Shown here: positions 51,246 through 64,000 of the stretch, in pieces
Layout: each line of letters begins with the position of its first letter
Numbering within the stretch: position 1 is the stretch's first letter
From: Leucoraja erinacea
Lineage: Eukaryota
Assembly: GCF_028641065.1 (NCBI RefSeq)
Contig: NC_073380.1
Span: forward strand, 67,952,001 to 68,016,000
Length of the DNA stretch: 64,000 bases
Direction: 5' to 3'
Program-made: the position numbers and the translations under genes
Notes under the pieces: generated by a model
Seen by the model: only the letters and a program-made list of their open reading frames with translations
Database searches by the model: none
What the model was told of the DNA's origin: nothing

Positions 51246-53599
51246 TCAAACATAAAACTAGCTGATGTGACTTGGTTGGATATGGCACTGCTCTACACCC
51301 TTTGACAATACAGGGGGTAGAAATCGAGCAGAACAAGGATCAGGAAAGAACAAACATAACTCTTCATTCCAACACACCTTTACAACTTCCAGTGAAGTAA
51401 CTCATCCATTATTGGGCTGCATTTCCTTAGGTGTTCAGCTCAACAGAATGTTAACAAGCCTGACCTGGGTATAAGAACATTTCTTCATTTTGGAAACTTG
51501 TTTCTACAAATTACATTAAATCACGGGTAAAATGTGAAGTATAGCTTTGTTATTCCAGCAAAGAAAATATATCTTTAAAATTAAAAAATATACTCGGAGT
51601 TAAATATTCAAAAAATGACAAAAGTTTGCGTTAATTTATCAATCAACATGGATGATATATAAGCAGTTTCAAAGCATAGAATAATAAACAACCTGGATTT
51701 TCTGAAATATGAAACATGCTTATAATTCTTTAATAGCTTCAACAAAAAGAAATACAATAGGTTTTTAAAGTAAAGTGTAAATCTGTGGTGTGACAATATT
51801 TGCACCTCTCCAACTTCCATTGCACTGTTGTCACTTTTGATGCTGCATGGCCAAGTTCATTTTCTTCAGCATCCCCTTTCTTTAAAAAAATCCCAACTAA
51901 AATAAAATTAAAATACAATTGTAGTACCTAAACTTTCTGATGCATATGGGTTTTGCATATGAAGATGATGTGATGATGTTACAGAGGAAGGGCTTGGGGT
52001 TTGGCTGATGGATTTTATTTGTCTGATAGAGTTGACCAGGGAAATAGAGCTACAGCTGGTTACTTCATTAGGTTATCTCATTGATTGAACTGTGCTGAAG
52101 TGGTGCAGCAAGCTCCACGATAACTGCTGGTAATAGAACAAAATGAATTCTTATCACAGAGATTGGAAAGGCCATTAACCTTGGCTTCCAGTGCTTTCAG
52201 AAGCTAAAGACAGGAAACTGCATGATGACCGGCAAAACTGCTTTCTGTCTAACCACAGGTCACGTTGGAGGGCACGTGGGAATTTTTACCCTTCGGCTTC
52301 TGCATAGATGAGACAATTAAAAGACAGATGTTTAAAATCATCCTGTAATTAAAAAAAAGAGAAGGAAGAAAATATCAAAATAGAAAGGATTTTATCTGGA
52401 TTATTTTGAATGCGGCAATAATTGTTTCCATCAGGGCACTTGCTCTATTACAAGGACAATGATATCAGAAATATTTACCAATGGAATATTAAGGTAATAC
52501 ATCGACACTGCGTGTAGTTTTTGGATCATTTGTTCTTCCTTTGCTGCTTGAGTGGTGAAAATAATTTCATCCATTTAAAAATACATCTCCTGTTTCCATG
52601 ACATTGGCAGAGGGGCATCTTGCAATTCTTCAAATGATCTGACCCATAAATGCAGTGCATGGCAAATGAATATTTGCTATTTCTTGCCACAAATAGTGGA
52701 TTAACTGGTTAATTAATCATAATTAGCCTTTTTGAGCCGAGCATTAGCTCAGTGAAAAATTCTGAGGGAAAATAATCTGCAATCATTCAAATTAGACACC
52801 TGTGAGGCTGTTTAAAATGCATTTATATAATTCAATTGAAACACGATATGTTAGGCTAGTTTCTCTGAGGTGCACATAAAAAAAATGGCTGATTAGTGAT
52901 TGCTGCCTTAATGTTGTGACCTTAAATGAAATTGAAGCACTCAGTGATGGATGTGGTCACTTGTTGTGGCTGGGATAATCGGTTGCTGTACTGTGCAGTG
53001 AAGAAAGCATACAGTACAGATGTAGATGTGGACTATATAATATAGCTATATGAAATTCAGTTCACCCACTGACAGATCACAGATCAGATCACTTGTATGC
53101 TTTTCTGTCTATCAATATTACGGCTCCTCCCATAGATCTATCCTGAAAGATATTTAGACCAAATACTGTATGCGTGCAGGAGGTATTCCCAATCCTGTAG
53201 TTCCTTACTGCATTATTTACGTGGGTTTTCATTTCATCTCTTTGTAGCATTTTTTTTTCAAATGGAGAAAAACACTCACATCTGTCTTCTCAATTACCAT
53301 CACAGTAATTATTATGTAAAAACTTTGTGGAATATATGAATCAATATGAAATATAACTGAAAAACAGCAACACAAATGAAGTCTTAAAACTGTAGATACA
53401 CAACCAAATATCACATGATCTATGCATTATACCTTTTATTAAAGGGCAGAATATGAAGCCAAACTGATCTAACGGATAAGCACATGCAGTATATATATTT
53501 TTTAAAACACACTCCTTTGTTTATATCAAGTAACAAATGAAATAATTAGTTCCTAATGCTTAATATAATATTTATGCTTAATATTTATTGAGTGTATTC

Positions 53600-53700
53600 A
53601 CTCTGGACCAGTGTCAAATGTTGTTTGATAATATTCCTGTGAGGGGCATTGGGGCCTTCTTAATTTGTTAACAGTGCTACATGAATGCAAATTGCTGTCA
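53600..53700 (+). mobile_element. Old L2/DeuSINE-type 3' tail
   Basis: ctgtgagg..ttgggg..gtgctacatgaatgcaaattg resembles the L2 tail. Confidence 0.4.
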
Positions 53701-54494
53701 TTGTTAATAACTATGAATTAGCATGATGGTATATTAAATAATATTAAGGATCGTAGAGGATTCATAGTAACTATCGGCATTGGCTTGTGAAGGCAAAACC
53801 AACAGCAAAAGCAATAACCAAAACCAGAATGAAACCCCCACAAAATTGAAATGATACACTTACAAATAATGGAAAATACAGAGGAGGGATTTCAGGGTTG
53901 CAATTTAATTGAGTAGTTTAAATTATTGTTATAAACTGCTTGAATTCATTCTCGTAGTTGATGGCATTGTCTGAAGCAAAAATGAGATCTCGGCCCTGTA
54001 ATCACTCCCAGCTATCCTCCCTGTCCCGTTAAAAAGACCTGAAGTGAACACATTTGGTTCAGGGAGGGTTTTCAGTCTTTCAGTCTGATGTATAACGCAC
54101 ATTATTGGTATATCTGTAGAAATTCTCAGCAAAATCAATATGAGAGAAGGAATCGACATTGAAGGAATGTGTAGGTTGCTTGAAGCATTAGATTTCTGAA
54201 GCAAGTTGAGATGCCTATATACATTAATTAAAGTAAATCGATTAATGCTTTCAGGTGACATTGCACTGCTCACTGTTTAAACAAGTGTGGGTTAATATCT
54301 TTATGTGGAAGAATTTCACACAAAAGCATCTTAAAACTAATGAAGATCAGCACTCCTCATCTTAAGTTTGCCCCTCAAATTTTCTAAGTATAAATTAATA
54401 GTCTAAGGTAGACACTGGAGACGCGCAGCAGGGGAGGCAGCATCTATGGAGCAAAGGAATAATTAAAAATTAATAAAGTCTAACTTGTAATGAT

Positions 54495-54673
54495 GGGACG
54501 AAGGGAATCTTTCCGGCGGCTGTCACTCTACTAAACAACGTACCTCGGTGAATGTTCTTTTTTTTTTAATTCAAATCGTTTGCTATGTCGCTCTTCAAGG
54601 GAGATGCTAAATGCATTTCATTGTCTCTGTACTGTACACTGACAATGACAATTAAAATTGAATCTGAATCTGA
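54495..54673 (+). mobile_element. Rex1/Babar LINE 3' end
   Basis: FPAAVTLLNN C-terminal motif, then tgacaattaaa and a (TGAATC)n tail. Confidence 0.65.
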
Positions 54674-54714
54674 TGTTCTCTTTTTTTTTAGCAAACTCTT
54701 TGTATGAGTAACCA

Positions 54715-54995
54715 AGCTCTCCTTGTGAAAAAGATAGCCTTCACGTTCCTATTAATGTTTCCCCCCCCTCGCCTTAAACCTATGTTCTCTGGTTCTCGAT
54801 TCCCCTACTTTGGACAAGAGACTCTGTGCATTTACCCAATCTATTCCTCTCATGATTTTGTACAGTATAGGATCGCCCCTCATTCTCCAGTGCTCCAAGG
54901 AATAGAGCCCTAGCCTGGTGAACCTTTCCCTATCGCTCAGGCCTTTGAGTCCTGGCAACATCCATGCAAATCTTCTCTGCACCCTTTCCAGCTTT
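54715..54995 (-). mobile_element. CR1 fragment
   Basis: QRRFAWMLPGLKGLSDRERFTRLGLYSLEHWRMRGD. Confidence 0.85.
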
Positions 54996-55279
54996 CTCAG
55001 CAGGACACTTTTTCAAACCAGGGTGTTTGGGAAGCATTTTGTCTACCTGTTGCTCTGGCTTTTATACTGGTCATTGTCTCCATTATGTCCCTTCCCACTG
55101 CCGATGCAATGGTTTTCTGCAGGCTGTCCCGGCCAGTGATGACTTTGAGACCCCTCTCCTACATTGCACCTTCTCTACCAATGACTTTATTACAACATTT
55201 GGAAGCCACGGATGTCCATTAGTCCTGTGCAACAAGGTTTTTACACTTCCTCAAATCCGATGTGATTGGGAAACTATTT

Positions 55280-55555
55280 TAAGGTGAAGGGGAAAAGATT
55301 TAATAGGAACCTGAGGGGTAACCTGGGTAACCAGGGTGGTGGATGTATGGAACAAGCTGCCAGAGGAGGTAGTTGAGGTGGGGACTATCCCTGCATTTAA
55401 GAAGTATAGTTAGACAGGCACATGGATAGGACAGATTTGGAGGGATATGGACCAAATGCTGGCAAGTGGGACTAGTGTAACTGGAACATGTTGGCCGGTG
55501 TGGGCAAGTTGGGCGGAAGGGCCTGTTTCCACACTGAATCACTCTATGACTCTAT
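55280..55555 (+). mobile_element. CR1 3' end
   Basis: tggaacaagctgccagaggagg..gggcctgtttccacactg..ctctatgactctat. Confidence 0.85.
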
Positions 55556-56249
55556 CAGTCAGCACTCGCTGTAGCACTGGAGGCATAAGATGATTTTAAA
55601 TTCAGCAGTCTGTCTTTAATTGGTACTAATCCACAATATTGGATTATGAACAGCACAGTCAGCATGAGCTGTGTTCAGCAAGGATGTAAATGAGCAGCTA
55701 ACATGAAATTGGAGCAATAGTGCAGTACAATGGACAGGTGTGATTTAAACATGCATTGCCAACCCGGTCAATTTTTGATGCCTCTCCAAATTTAGCCCAT
55801 CTGTTTCTAGACACCTTTCACTGCAAACTGCACATCTAAGAGAAAAATATACAAATTTATTTGACATTTTCTTATTCCTTTTCAGCTGAAGGATCTGCTG
55901 AAGTTAATTGTATCACTCTTGTTTCTAAGCCATTAAGATATATATTCATTTGCAGCAACTGATTTTTTTTTCCAATGCGCAATTTTATTAACAGAAAAGC
56001 ACACACGTTATGGATATTTCAGTAAAGAGAATCTGAGATATCCTGGGAAAACTCTCACTTAATCATAATATCATAGATCAGCCTGCTCCAGTATAAAATC
56101 CCAAATTAATAAGGCTGTTAGGCTATCAAAGTATAGAATCATAGAGCATGCAAATAGAACTTTTGAGTTGACACTCGCCACTTTCTACCCATTGGCAAAA
56201 ATCTCAACATGCTCACCATACTCCCATCAGCTCTCTCCAGATTCTACCA

Positions 56250-56595
56250 CTCACCTACACTGTAGGGGCAGCTAACAGTGGATAATTAACCTTCCAACTT
56301 GCATGGCTTTGGGATGTGGGTGGAAACTGGAGCACTGGGAGTAGATCCAAAGACAAAGATGGGACCAACAATATTTAAGGGAACTTTGTCTGCGCCTTGT
56401 GGCGACTCTTTTGTGTAATGTGCATGCAAAAACAAAGAATTTCACTATACCTTCACGGTACATGTGACAATAAAGTATGTATCTATCTACGTGTTCACAG
56501 GGAGAACGTGCAAACACCATCCAGAGAGCAGCAGTTAGGAATGAACCTGGGGTTTGAATCTGTGAGGCAAGCAGCTCATCTTGCAGTCCCACTGT
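56250..56595 (-). mobile_element. Degraded V-SINE with an internal insertion ending catgtgacaataaa
   Basis: aattaaccttccaac..tttgggatgtgggtggaaactggagcac and cacagggagaacgtgcaaac halves. Confidence 0.55.
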
Positions 56596-56854
56596 GCTGT
56601 CAACGATGACTCTAAAGTTATGATCTTGAATGGAGCCACCATCCCAAATTATTGATTTGCCTCTGCTGTGTAAATCTGATGGTAATAAAAAATGCAGTAT
56701 CATGCTAAAGTTAAAAGTACTCTCACGAAGTAACAGCACTGATATAATGCTGACTGGTTTAGCTTTTGAATCTTGTTATAGATTCTGCAATTATATCACC
56801 AAAGGCAATTGAGCAAAGTAAATCAAGCCACAACAAAATTACGAAGTATATATC

Positions 56855-57050
56855 CAGTATCTGGTGGTAGGTATATGGAAGGAGCTTCCAGAGGAGATAT
56901 TTGGAGTAGGTACCATAACAGCATTTAGAGGATACTCAGACAGGTACATGGATAGGAAAGGATGGAAGATGGATATTTGTCATATGCGGGAAAACTAGCT
57001 TGGTGGAGCATCTTGGTCAGCGTGGATGAGTTGTACTAAATACCCTATAT
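56855..57050 (+). mobile_element. CR1 3' end (degenerate)
   Basis: tggaaggagcttccagaggag..gacaggtacatggataggaaagg. Confidence 0.7.
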
Positions 57051-57519
57051 CCGTATATTTGTCCCCCATACACCCCCCCCCCCCCCCCCCCAAATTGAAA
57101 CGCCACCATATCCACCCTGTTACTTTTGATCGGGGAAGGTGAAGAATTTTGAAGTATGTATCATAAATATTCCATGATAATGCCAGTGATATTTCTTTTG
57201 AAAATAATTGCACAGATTTGAGGAATCTTGAGCTTATTGACTTAAGAAATCTTATCCTGTTGTCAACATGTTTGTACAAAGATTGAACTTTTAAAGCATT
57301 ATGTGCAGACCTCATGCTTGCATTATTATCATTTGTTTGTTCACCATTGCAACCCTCCTTTGCATTTGCCTTGAATCTCAGCTGATTTTATTTTTTGAAC
57401 AAACTGAAAAATCTTCCTGATAACTCCAATGTATTTTGGGTGTAGCTGCATCTAACACATTCATTGGAGTAACTGCACTGAAAGAATGACGTATGTCGAT
57501 GATGCAAAACTGCCATATA

Positions 57520-57793
57520 TGGTTCTGGTCTCTCCCAACATCGGGAACGTGTTTCCTGCCTCTAGCGTGTCCAAGCCTTTAACAATCTTATATGTTTCAA
57601 TGAGATTCCCTCTCATCCTTCTAAACTCCAGCATGTACAAGCCCAGCTGCTCCATTATCTCAGCATATGACAGTCCCGCCATCCCGGGAATTAACCTTGT
57701 AAACCTACGCTGCAGTCCCTCAATAGCAAGAATGTCCTTCCTCAAATTAGGGGACCAAAACTGCACACAATACTCCAGGTGTGGTCTCACTAG
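57520..57793 (-). mobile_element. CR1 fragment
   Basis: RPHLEYCVQFWSPNLRKDILAIEGLQRRFTRLIPG. Confidence 0.9.
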
Positions 57794-58419
57794 TTCTTTA
57801 GTTTCTTTGAAATTTGGTGGTAAGATAGAACAACCAATTTAGTATTCTCTGTCTAATAGTATTGCAGTACATCAAAGTCCGAAATCATCCTCGTCCCATT
57901 CAGTTAAAGATTCAGTAAATCTGAATGCAAAGATTCAAGACTTGTTTTGGTTCCTTTGAAAACCTGTGTCATGATCTCTGATCTATGGATTTACCATGAT
58001 AGTAAGTGACTTCAGTATTGAAAATCATTAGTGGATTTTGTTGTCAGATGGAATTTGTGGAGTACATCCTTTAAACTATCCTCGACAAGAAGCAGTCACA
58101 CAATGTTGATGACCAAACATTACTTGTATGTTTTTTAAAAAAATCCAAGTTATGTGGATTAATTATAGAGTATTCATGAACTTCATCATAATTCATGCAA
58201 TTCATGTTCCCAAAGATAATATGGAGGTGTATATTAGGAATAACATTAACTTGGTAGCTGTAACGGTTATCATTGGCTTTCGACAGTAAACCCTCAACCT
58301 TAACACAGAGTTTGCCTTTGGAGACAGAAAACTGTGGCTTTAATAGTTTGAGGTGTAGCATCAAGCATCATTACAAAATTAAGAATAAAAAATGAAGCCA
58401 GTGCAATAATAGATCTTGG

Positions 58420-58585
58420 GAACATGGATACATAGAAAAATAGGTGCAGTAGGCCATTCGACCCTTTGAGCCAGCACCACCATTCAATATGATCATGGCT
58501 GATCACCTAAAATCAGTACCCCGTCCCTGCTTTTTCTTCATATCCCTTGATTCCTTTATCCCTAAGAGCTAAATCTAACTCTTTC
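58420..58585 (-). mobile_element. CR1 3' end
   Basis: Reverse complement of the 51068-51245 tail. Confidence 0.85.
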
Positions 58586-58974
58586 CCTCTGAAGGTGGAA
58601 TAAATACGATCTTCAGGATTTTGCATTAAAACATTTATTTATTACTTGCATGAAGATAATCATTTCCATGACCTTACCACATAACAATCTTGTAAAGTTA
58701 TAATTCATTTTGTAACAGGGAAAACCAGCATTTATTGTCCATCTCGTATAACCCTTGAGGAGGAGGTGTTGAGTCTCCTCGTCAAACAGCTATAGTCATT
58801 CAACTGAAGGTGTTGCCACAGTGGTGTTAGGTAGACAATTCCAGGATGTTGGCACCGGTAATATATGTTCAGGTCAGGATATGACATGGAGGGGAATCAA
58901 ATGGTGGTGGTGTACCCAGATGCCTGGTGCCTTTGTCCTATTTAGCGCTAGGAGTCCCTGCGGGTTTGGGACAT

Positions 58975-59335
58975 GCAGAAACAAGGAACTGCAAATGCTG
59001 GTTTACACAAAAGGACCCAAGTGCTGGAGTAATTCTGAGAAGCATCTTCTCTAGAGAAGATGGACAGGTGAAGTTTCAGTCTGATTCAGATTACTTTAAA
59101 CTACATCAGTCTAAATGTGTAGGAAGGAACTGCAGATGCTGCTTTAAACCCAAGATAGACACAAAAAATGTCACCCATTCCTTCTCTCCAGAGATGCTGC
59201 CTGTCCCGCTGAGTTACTCCTTTTTTGTTCATCTTCTGCATCAGTCTAAAATAAGGTCCCTACCCAAAACATCACATATTCATGTTCTCCTGAGATGCTG
59301 CTTGACCCACTGAGTTACTCCAGCACTTTGTGTCC
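58975..59335. mobile_element. Cluster of Penelope terminal-repeat fragments in both orientations
   Basis: Repeated aggaactgcagatgct and gagatgctgc..ctgagttactcc blocks. Confidence 0.7.
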
Positions 59336-59664
59336 ATCAGTTCGGGTCATGTTGTTGCGGTAAGACTAGGCAAGTCGTTGCAGTGCATTTTCTAGATGTC
59401 AGAATAGTGGTTGTGTTCTACTCTTTGTCCTGTTATTCATCTTTGACAACAAAAAACAAAAATACTGTGTTTAAAAGGATGTCGTGCTGTGGAAGGTCCT
59501 TAAAGGGAACAAGAATATTCATTCAGGGGGTCAGAATACAGAGCTGTTTTCATATGAAGATGACATTTGAACTTGATTCTCCTGAGGGAGCTATTGATCA
59601 GTACCTGGTGGAAAGAGGAAGATTGTTGATCGTGACCAAGGATCGAACCATTTGCTGTTTAACA

Positions 59665-59760
59665 GTTACACAAAAAAGCTGGAGAAACTCAGCGGGTGCA
59701 GCAACATCTATGGAGCGAAGGAAATAGGCAACGTTTCGGGCCGAAACCTTTCTTCAGACT
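59665..59760 (-). mobile_element. Penelope terminal repeat, same subfamily as 17630-17730
   Basis: Reverse complement reads agtCTGAAGAaaggtttcggcccGAAACGTTgcc. Confidence 0.85.
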
Positions 59761-60584
59761 GTTTTACAGTGTTCTGTCTATTACGGGAGGAGTACCTTGA
59801 GGGCAGAGGGACAACCACTAGCCTCTAGAAATGTATCTCCCATTGATTAATGACACTGAGCGGTGATTGGATTGAGGGTATATGGGGTACGGGTGCAGAG
59901 TTAAATGTGTAGAAGGAGAGGAAAATCTTTCAAATCTTTATATGTACAGTATATATATTTTTATAATTAAACTTGTGGACTTTGTAAATTCTCCAGAAAT
60001 GCTGTGTGACTCGCTGAGTTACTCCAGCACTTTGTGTCTATCTTTGTAAATTAATTGAGGTTTTCCTTTAATAACATGCGCAGAAAAATATTTTAACAAT
60101 ATTGAATTAGTTAGAATTGGATTTTCACAATTAACTAATTAGAACTCAGTTGTTGAAATTGTTCACATTGTTAAACTTAACTGGGCAAATGTTAATGTTA
60201 TTTTGATATTTACTATTGTGGTTCTATAGGCATAATCGGAATATGTTTTGGGGCCCCTTTTTGTCATCAAAGTTCCTCAAATCACATTTTCCTGTGCATT
60301 TTATTTTGAGAATAATATGTACATACACCATCAGTTTTCCTAATTACATTAAAAAAAAATTAAAATAACTGTTAAAGCAAAAGCTCACGATGATGGGTAC
60401 ATTTGTGAGAATGTGATTACTTTTTTTATAAAAGGACAACTAATAATGTCATTAAACTCGCTTTGGAGATCACCTAACGTAGCTTTGTTAAGTAAATTCA
60501 ATCATAATTAAGAGAATCGAAAGCTTCAATATTCAACATGGCTGTGTGTGCATATTTTTCCCATGCGTGTAATAAACTCTGTGC

Positions 60585-61590
60585 TGTCATATAGAAAACA
60601 AAGAGTTGGAATAAATGGGTTGTTTTCTGGCTGGAGGGATGTAACCAGTGGAATATCCCAGGGATCTTTTCTTGGCCCACAATTGTTTTCCATTTACATT
60701 AATGACCTGGAGAAAGGACGAAATGTTAGATTTCCAAGTTTGTTGCTGATACGAAAATAAGTGGAAGGGCATGTTATGATGAGGATATTGTGATTCTGCA
60801 GAGGGATATAGATGGATTGAGTAATTGAGCAAAAACATGTCAAATGGAGCTTAATGTGGGGAAGTGCGAGGTCATGACGAGGAATGTACAGGGATTAAAA
60901 AGGTGGATTATTATCTAAATGGAGAGAGTGGATGTAAATAAGTGAATTTCAGAGGGTCCAGGGCATCAATCATAAAGTTAGCAGGCAGGTTCAACAAGCA
61001 GTCTATTGCAAAACAATTAGAGTTTAAGAACAGCGAGGCTTTGTTACAGTTGTAGACGGTGTTGGTGAGGTCAAACCTGGATTACTGTCCATTGTTTTTG
61101 TTCCCTTACCTAAAAAATGGATATGGTAATGTTGGAGGCGGTCCAAGGGTGTTTCCCCAAGGTAATTGCTGGGATGAGTGGGTTGGCTGATCAAGACAAT
61201 CCTCACAGTTTGAGAGTTTAGTAGAATGAAGGATGACCTTACTCAATCGTATGTGATCCTAAAGGGATTTAACAGAGGAGATGTTGAGATGTTCACTCTG
61301 GTGAGAGAGTCATGACCCAAGAGTCATGACTACAAAGTAAAGTTCCATGAATCGACAGTGCGGAGAAATTTCTTCTCAGAGGCTTGCGATTCCCTGGAAT
61401 TCTCTGTCCCCAACGAAGGAGGAGGCCAGATTATTAGATGTATTTAAGATGGAGATAGTTAAGTATTTGAAAAATCGAGACATTAAGGTTGTGATGAAGA
61501 GGTGGTGAGGCCAGCATTGATCAGCCATGATTTGATTGAATGGAGGAACAGGTATGAGGAGCCAGGTGGCAGATTCCTGTTCCTATTATC
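60585..61590 (+). mobile_element. Old CR1 RT-to-3' fragment
   Basis: [39 protein letters not shown]. Confidence 0.85.
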
Positions 61591-61865
61591 TCGTGTTGTT
61601 GCATTAAAAACTACTCTCAGCTCTTTTTTGGCTCTGCGGCCTTGATAGACAAACTCTCTAAAGAGAACCGTATTAGGCATATACATTGCCATGGCCTTCT
61701 TCAGCCAATACTTTGATACACTTCAATCTTTTCTTTGCAGTCAAGGAAATATTACTGGACTACCATTCTTTTTCATTTCTGCAACACATACCTCGCATTA
61801 AATAGTCAACACAATGAGAAAAATCAGGGTTATTTTTCGATGTCAGAAATGAACACTTCATTACC

Positions 61866-62335
61866 AAAAGATAGACACAAAATGCTGGAGTAACTCAGCA
61901 GGACAGGCAGCATCTCTGGGGAATGGATAACGTTTGGGTCAAGACCCTTCTTCAGATTCAGGGGAGAGGGAGAAATAGGGATATTAGGGGACGATGATCA
62001 AAGAAAATGTAGCATGGGTCATTGTTTGCTGAGGGGAAGTTTGACAACGAGGCATAGAATCAGTGAAATTTAATGAGTACAGTGAAACTAGGCGGAGAAC
62101 TAGGATGGGGGGTGGGGAACTACAAGGTTAGAGGCTGTGGAGGGAAGACAGCTGGAAGTGATAAAATCAGAAATTGTCTGAGAGATTATGGCCTGATGCT
62201 CATCTGTGGGGTCATGGTCTCGACCCGAAACGTCACCCATTCCTACTCTCCAGAGATGCTGCCTATCTCGCTCAGTTACTCCAGCATTTAAGGTCTTTCG
62301 GTGTAAACCAGCATCTGCAGTTTCTTCCTACGCAC
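61866..62335. mobile_element. Inverted pair of Penelope terminal repeats with a ~250-bp spacer
   Basis: aaatgctggagtaactcagc..ggcagcatctctgg mirrored by ccagagatgctgcc..gttactccagcattt. Confidence 0.8.
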
Positions 62336-64000
62336 TTCATTACCAATCCTGATGAGATATTTCTTTCCTGATTATAAAAATATTTCACTAGCAGGATTTA
62401 ACATTTTGATACACATGGTGTTGAATTAATAAATAACTGAACAATGGGTTTAGGGTTCAAAATATGTCTGCTTTTCTGTAAACAGCTTTTAGTTTCTATC
62501 GAGCCTCTGCTGCTCCTTCACAAATGTTTTTCCTTTAGTGCATTTGAGCAAAAGGAGGGCTGAAAGGACAGAAGTATGTATCTGGTGGACAGTTTGCCTC
62601 AGACGTTTTATTTGTTTGTGGCACGCAGGAACCGTCTAAAGTTATAGCCTCAGCACTGCTGTTTGCTATTAAGTTGATGGGGAGTCTATCCCACAGTTGC
62701 TCTGTGCTGTTGATACAAAGTCTTTGTTCACGTTAAGATTAGTCAAACTGTTGTGAGGGTCAGGCCAGGGTCAGACTCCATGATGATGTATAGGAGAATA
62801 TGTCTGGGAATTTCTCTTGCTCTTAAAACACATACCAGAAAGGCAGAAGAGGGCTGAGCAAACTGACTGATGAGACCCAGATGATAGTCACTCTTACTGG
62901 GTTCATAATTTGCCTTTTAACACACCATGTTTTATTAATGTGTGGCGTGATCGCCTTGAAAATTTCATGTCCCCCGAAGGTAGGGACACTTCGTGACACT
63001 TCATTTCCTCGCCCACGGGAAATGGGTCAGTAAATCCAGTGAAAGAACAATGTGTAAATTCCCAAGGATGAGAAAGAAAGGTCTTTTTGCAAGCTTGCTT
63101 AGGCTCCAGGCCCCGATGCTGGATGTGAGCAGTGCGTACACTCGATATTAAACAGCCCTATCAGGTATGATCAGAGAGACGCAGCATTCCAAACTGTGAT
63201 CCCCTACTACCTTTACAAATACATCCCTGTCCACCTACTGTGACCAGTGAGCTTGCAGAATCTTCTCTTTGATTAACAATCAGGATTGGTATAATATAAC
63301 GATGCTGCCATAGAGGCAAATAGGAGGATGCACATGCAGTCTAATAGAGTTTGGAAACCAATTCTAATCACTCTGAACCGGGTTAATCTGTGCACATCGA
63401 GGTACAAATCAATTTAGATCAATCTGTTTTTAACATACCCTTGAGATGGATTAAAAGAGATCAGTTTAAAATTATCCCATTCCTTGGCTTTGTGTGAAGG
63501 CAAAACCTACTTGAATCATTTCTAATATGTACAGCAAATAAACCGAAGTGATTTCAGATTGCTAAAGGAAAATTAACCAATCTGCGCTTGTGTGTAAAAG
63601 CAAACATAGCATTTTATATCCGTGTAGAATATTTTTAATCCGTTGATTGAGCACAGCACTCAGCTTTATTATTTCTGCATTTCAGATTTTTGGAATGCTG
63701 TCACCCAAAAGTCATCTTAATGCTAAACTAGCAATTTTTGCAACCATCTGCTGCATATAACAGGGAATATTTCATCCTGCTGTCAGAACACTATCAATAA
63801 AACATAGCATTCAGACTGTGCTCATTTTCCCCTCTTCAATCACTGTAGCATTTGCAATGAAAATGTTATATTATATTTATTCCTGAGTTGATGCATTGTG
63901 CTTAAATGCAAAATGATACAGTGGTATGGAACTTAAGGGGTTAACTTGTCTTAGTCAGTTAACAAAGGCATTGCTTATCAAACAAGGACTGGGGGGCTAT

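Overview
Eukaryotic, repeat-rich, almost entirely non-coding DNA. The repeat set (HE1-like V-SINEs, CR1/HER1-like LINEs, a SacSINE1-like DeuSINE, many Penelope terminal repeats) points to a cartilaginous fish, probably a skate or ray; this is inference. No intact host gene is recognisable. Most ORFs in the track are pieces or antisense frames of decayed transposons. Well-supported elements: a near-full CR1 LINE (25862-29346) with a rearranged sister copy (41704-44376), two Penelope GIY-YIG elements, an IR/DR Tc1 fossil, TA- and TAA-flanked MITEs, a composite non-autonomous Helitron, a solo LTR, a Gypsy integrase plus LTR remnant, and L1 and Rex1 fragments. Repeat-free, motif-dense blocks between them look like enhancers in a large intron or gene desert. 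The best leads are about ten hammerhead-ribozyme-like cores in Penelope terminal repeats (some in inverted hairpin mini-elements), a possible degraded viral env-like sequence at 1-1300, the double-headed Helitron, and a candidate 63-nt exon. I cannot show a new biological system from the sequence alone. Boundaries without a stated TSD or terminus are approximate.
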